Shown here piece by piece: positions 61,751 through 64,000 of a stretch of DNA of 64,000 bases. The notes beneath the pieces are model-generated. The model saw nothing but the letters and a program-made list of their open reading frames with translations. It was not told the DNA's origin and searched no databases. Every line of letters starts with the position of its first letter. Within the stretch, counting starts at the first letter, position 1. The DNA is from Carcharhinus amblyrhynchos. Its lineage: Eukaryota. The position numbers and the translations under genes are program-made. Location: NCBI GenBank assembly GCA_965287045.1, contig OZ336874.1, positions 35,526,001 through 35,590,000 on the forward strand, read 5' to 3'.

Positions 61751-64000
61751 AGTTGCTATTGCACTATCATTTGCGTGGAATTTATATCTCTTGAGCAGCT
61801 ATTCTGGCATCAACCTAGTATTTCAAAGTTCCATTATATTTGCTTCTTCTGTTGAATTTATTCCAGTAAAAAGTGAAACAACACTCAGACTATGAAAGAT
61901 AGTAGGTTCAAATGTGACATCTAGTCTCTACCTGACCTGAAATCTTTTCATGTGATCTTATTTATGTGGCTCAGAAATAATGTGTCTACTTCTATCTACT
62001 TTACTCAAAATAATCCTTCTGCCTGTATAAATTTTTAATGGTAAAGACTCCTTTACAGGAGTTTTACATTAATTTTACAAAACGGTTACCAATGTCAATA
62101 AAATAAAAAAATGACTTTATAGGTTACGGTTATTAAAAGCTGAATAAGAATGCTACGGTATTGATTCTACGAATCAAAGGTTCAATAATTATAAATCTTA
62201 TCTGTACCTCTGCACCCTCCATTTTAATTAAGACTTCATTAAACACTTATCTGATTAAAAACACTTTATTTGCTACTAGAGAACAGCATGCCCAGTTTTC
62301 TATTTATTAGATAAGGTGAATCATAATTCACACTCTTATTATCATTTTGTCAATTTCTTAAAGTCTCCACATTTTAAAAAATGGCATTTATGTCTGGATT
62401 TTCGTAAACTGTATAAAACTTCTCCCTTTGTCAGTGGATTGAAAAATCTAAAATAGTAAAAATAATATATCCAAAGCATAGATTAGATTAAGTTCTACCA
62501 ATTCTTGCAGATGGACAGCTTAAAACCTTAACCAGACCACTGAGGTGCCAAGATGGGTAAGCCAAAAAAATAATTAGCTACAATGCTCTTACAAGAGAGC
62601 AACGGAGCAGGAACAACAAAGCTTATGGTTAATTGACTATGATCTCAGTGAATATAAACAATATTCTCCAAATGCTGCAGAATATTTATGATCGATAATA
62701 TACATGAAATATAGATCTTTTTGTTTTGCAAATTTACTCTTTCTTTGGTAATATACAACTTGCCTTAAAAATACACTCAAAATAGAAATACATCTACAAT
62801 TAGTGCTGAGCTTACACATCCCAAGTAAAAAGCAGCAGCGTTGTGTGGACAACAAACTTGTCCGATATTTGCTAAAGTTCCATAAGAGTCAATACTCTTA
62901 TCAATCAAACTTTTTCCACTACATCAGTGCGTTATAGAATTTAACAGAAAAATTAAGGCAAGTTTACTCTTATAAATTTGTTTCAAAACAATTTCTTGGA
63001 TCTACCAACAAAAACATTTTTAACTTTATGAAGCATTTAGCGGTCAATGTTGATTAAAGATGTAAACATTAATGCTATCTCCTGAAATTAAATAAATACT
63101 TTATACTACATGAAACAAAAATCATTCCATATTTGAACAATTTCCTCAAGCAAAGGCAATATTTGATTAATTCTCTGGAAGTGATGGTGAGTCTTTAAAA
63201 ATAAAAACTTTGGAATAGCTGATACAGCATGAAATCTTTCACTCAAAAGCAGACCAAGGTAATGTTTATGTACAATTATTTTACTAATATCCTACAGTTT
63301 TAGTTGTCTATCCAGATACTTGCTTTTATTTGGCTGTCAATCAAACAACAACAAGGATCTGGATGCACCACAAAACAGCAAAAAAAATCTACTGAACATT
63401 TATCAGAAGTCTATTTGCCTAAAAATAATTTTGTAACAATTTGTGATCGTAACAAAAATGAAATATTGATCCCACTATCCCGTCCCCCAGCTTCTCAGTC
63501 TAACAAGGTGAATTTTAAGCAATAAAATTGATGGCTTAACATAATAGTTTTAATAGGTAACAGGAAAAAAAGTGCTTTGAAAATTTCCATTGAAAAGAAA
63601 GTTAACACATTTTAATATCTGAAAAATTAGAACAAATGTGACTGAGCCCAATTGAAGATGAACATATATCTGAAAAGCATCTTTCTGTATCTCGCTTCCA
63701 TGCTCGTGTAAGCATTCTGAACACTAAGTTATGCTCTTACCATTTGATCGCATTACAATATAAACGCATTTCATCTTCCTTTTACACAAAAGCAGCTTAT
63801 AAATTAGAATTTTCACCATATTTCACCATAAAATGCACATTTTAATTACAATTATTTGTTATTAATTGCAAAAACTTCAATTACATTAAGGAAGTAGTTG
63901 TTTGTATTTGGAGCAAAGTCAGTGAACTGATTAAATAAGTAGGACTGCATTTTAAGGAAATATATAAAATGATATAACGAAATCCAAATAAATCTGCAAA

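Noticed and set aside
62590-62900. Minus-strand exon-like segments
   Set aside because: Plausible splice signals, but in-frame stops and no recognisable product

Overview
Eukaryotic genomic DNA, almost certainly from an elasmobranch (shark or ray). The evidence is HE1/V-type SINEs, HER1/CR1 LINEs, a shark DeuSINE-like SINE and CpG depletion. I recognise no host protein-coding gene. All long ORFs are decayed retroelement ORFs (CR1, Rex1/Babar, L2 and Zenon-like reverse transcriptase, a Gypsy integrase, a Penelope GIY-YIG endonuclease) or low-complexity/N-gap artefacts. The left ~35 kb is densely nested with transposable elements. The right ~25 kb is AT-rich and repeat-poorer, with a few candidate exons and regulatory motifs. 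The most notable signals are: (1) nine short elements, eight fold-back and one single-arm, in two families, carrying mutated minimal hammerhead ribozyme cores, four with clear 11-14 bp target-site duplications (TSDs), plus a Penelope GIY-YIG remnant; (2) a young CR1 LINE whose 3' UTR contains a splice acceptor, a three-way-junction fold and an embedded SINE body; (3) one SINE head with two alternative tails, one CR1-type and one resembling the Rex1/Babar tail; (4) unexplained hairpins at 50.2 kb and 58.3 kb. Repeat boundaries are approximate, and family names come from recall rather than a database search.
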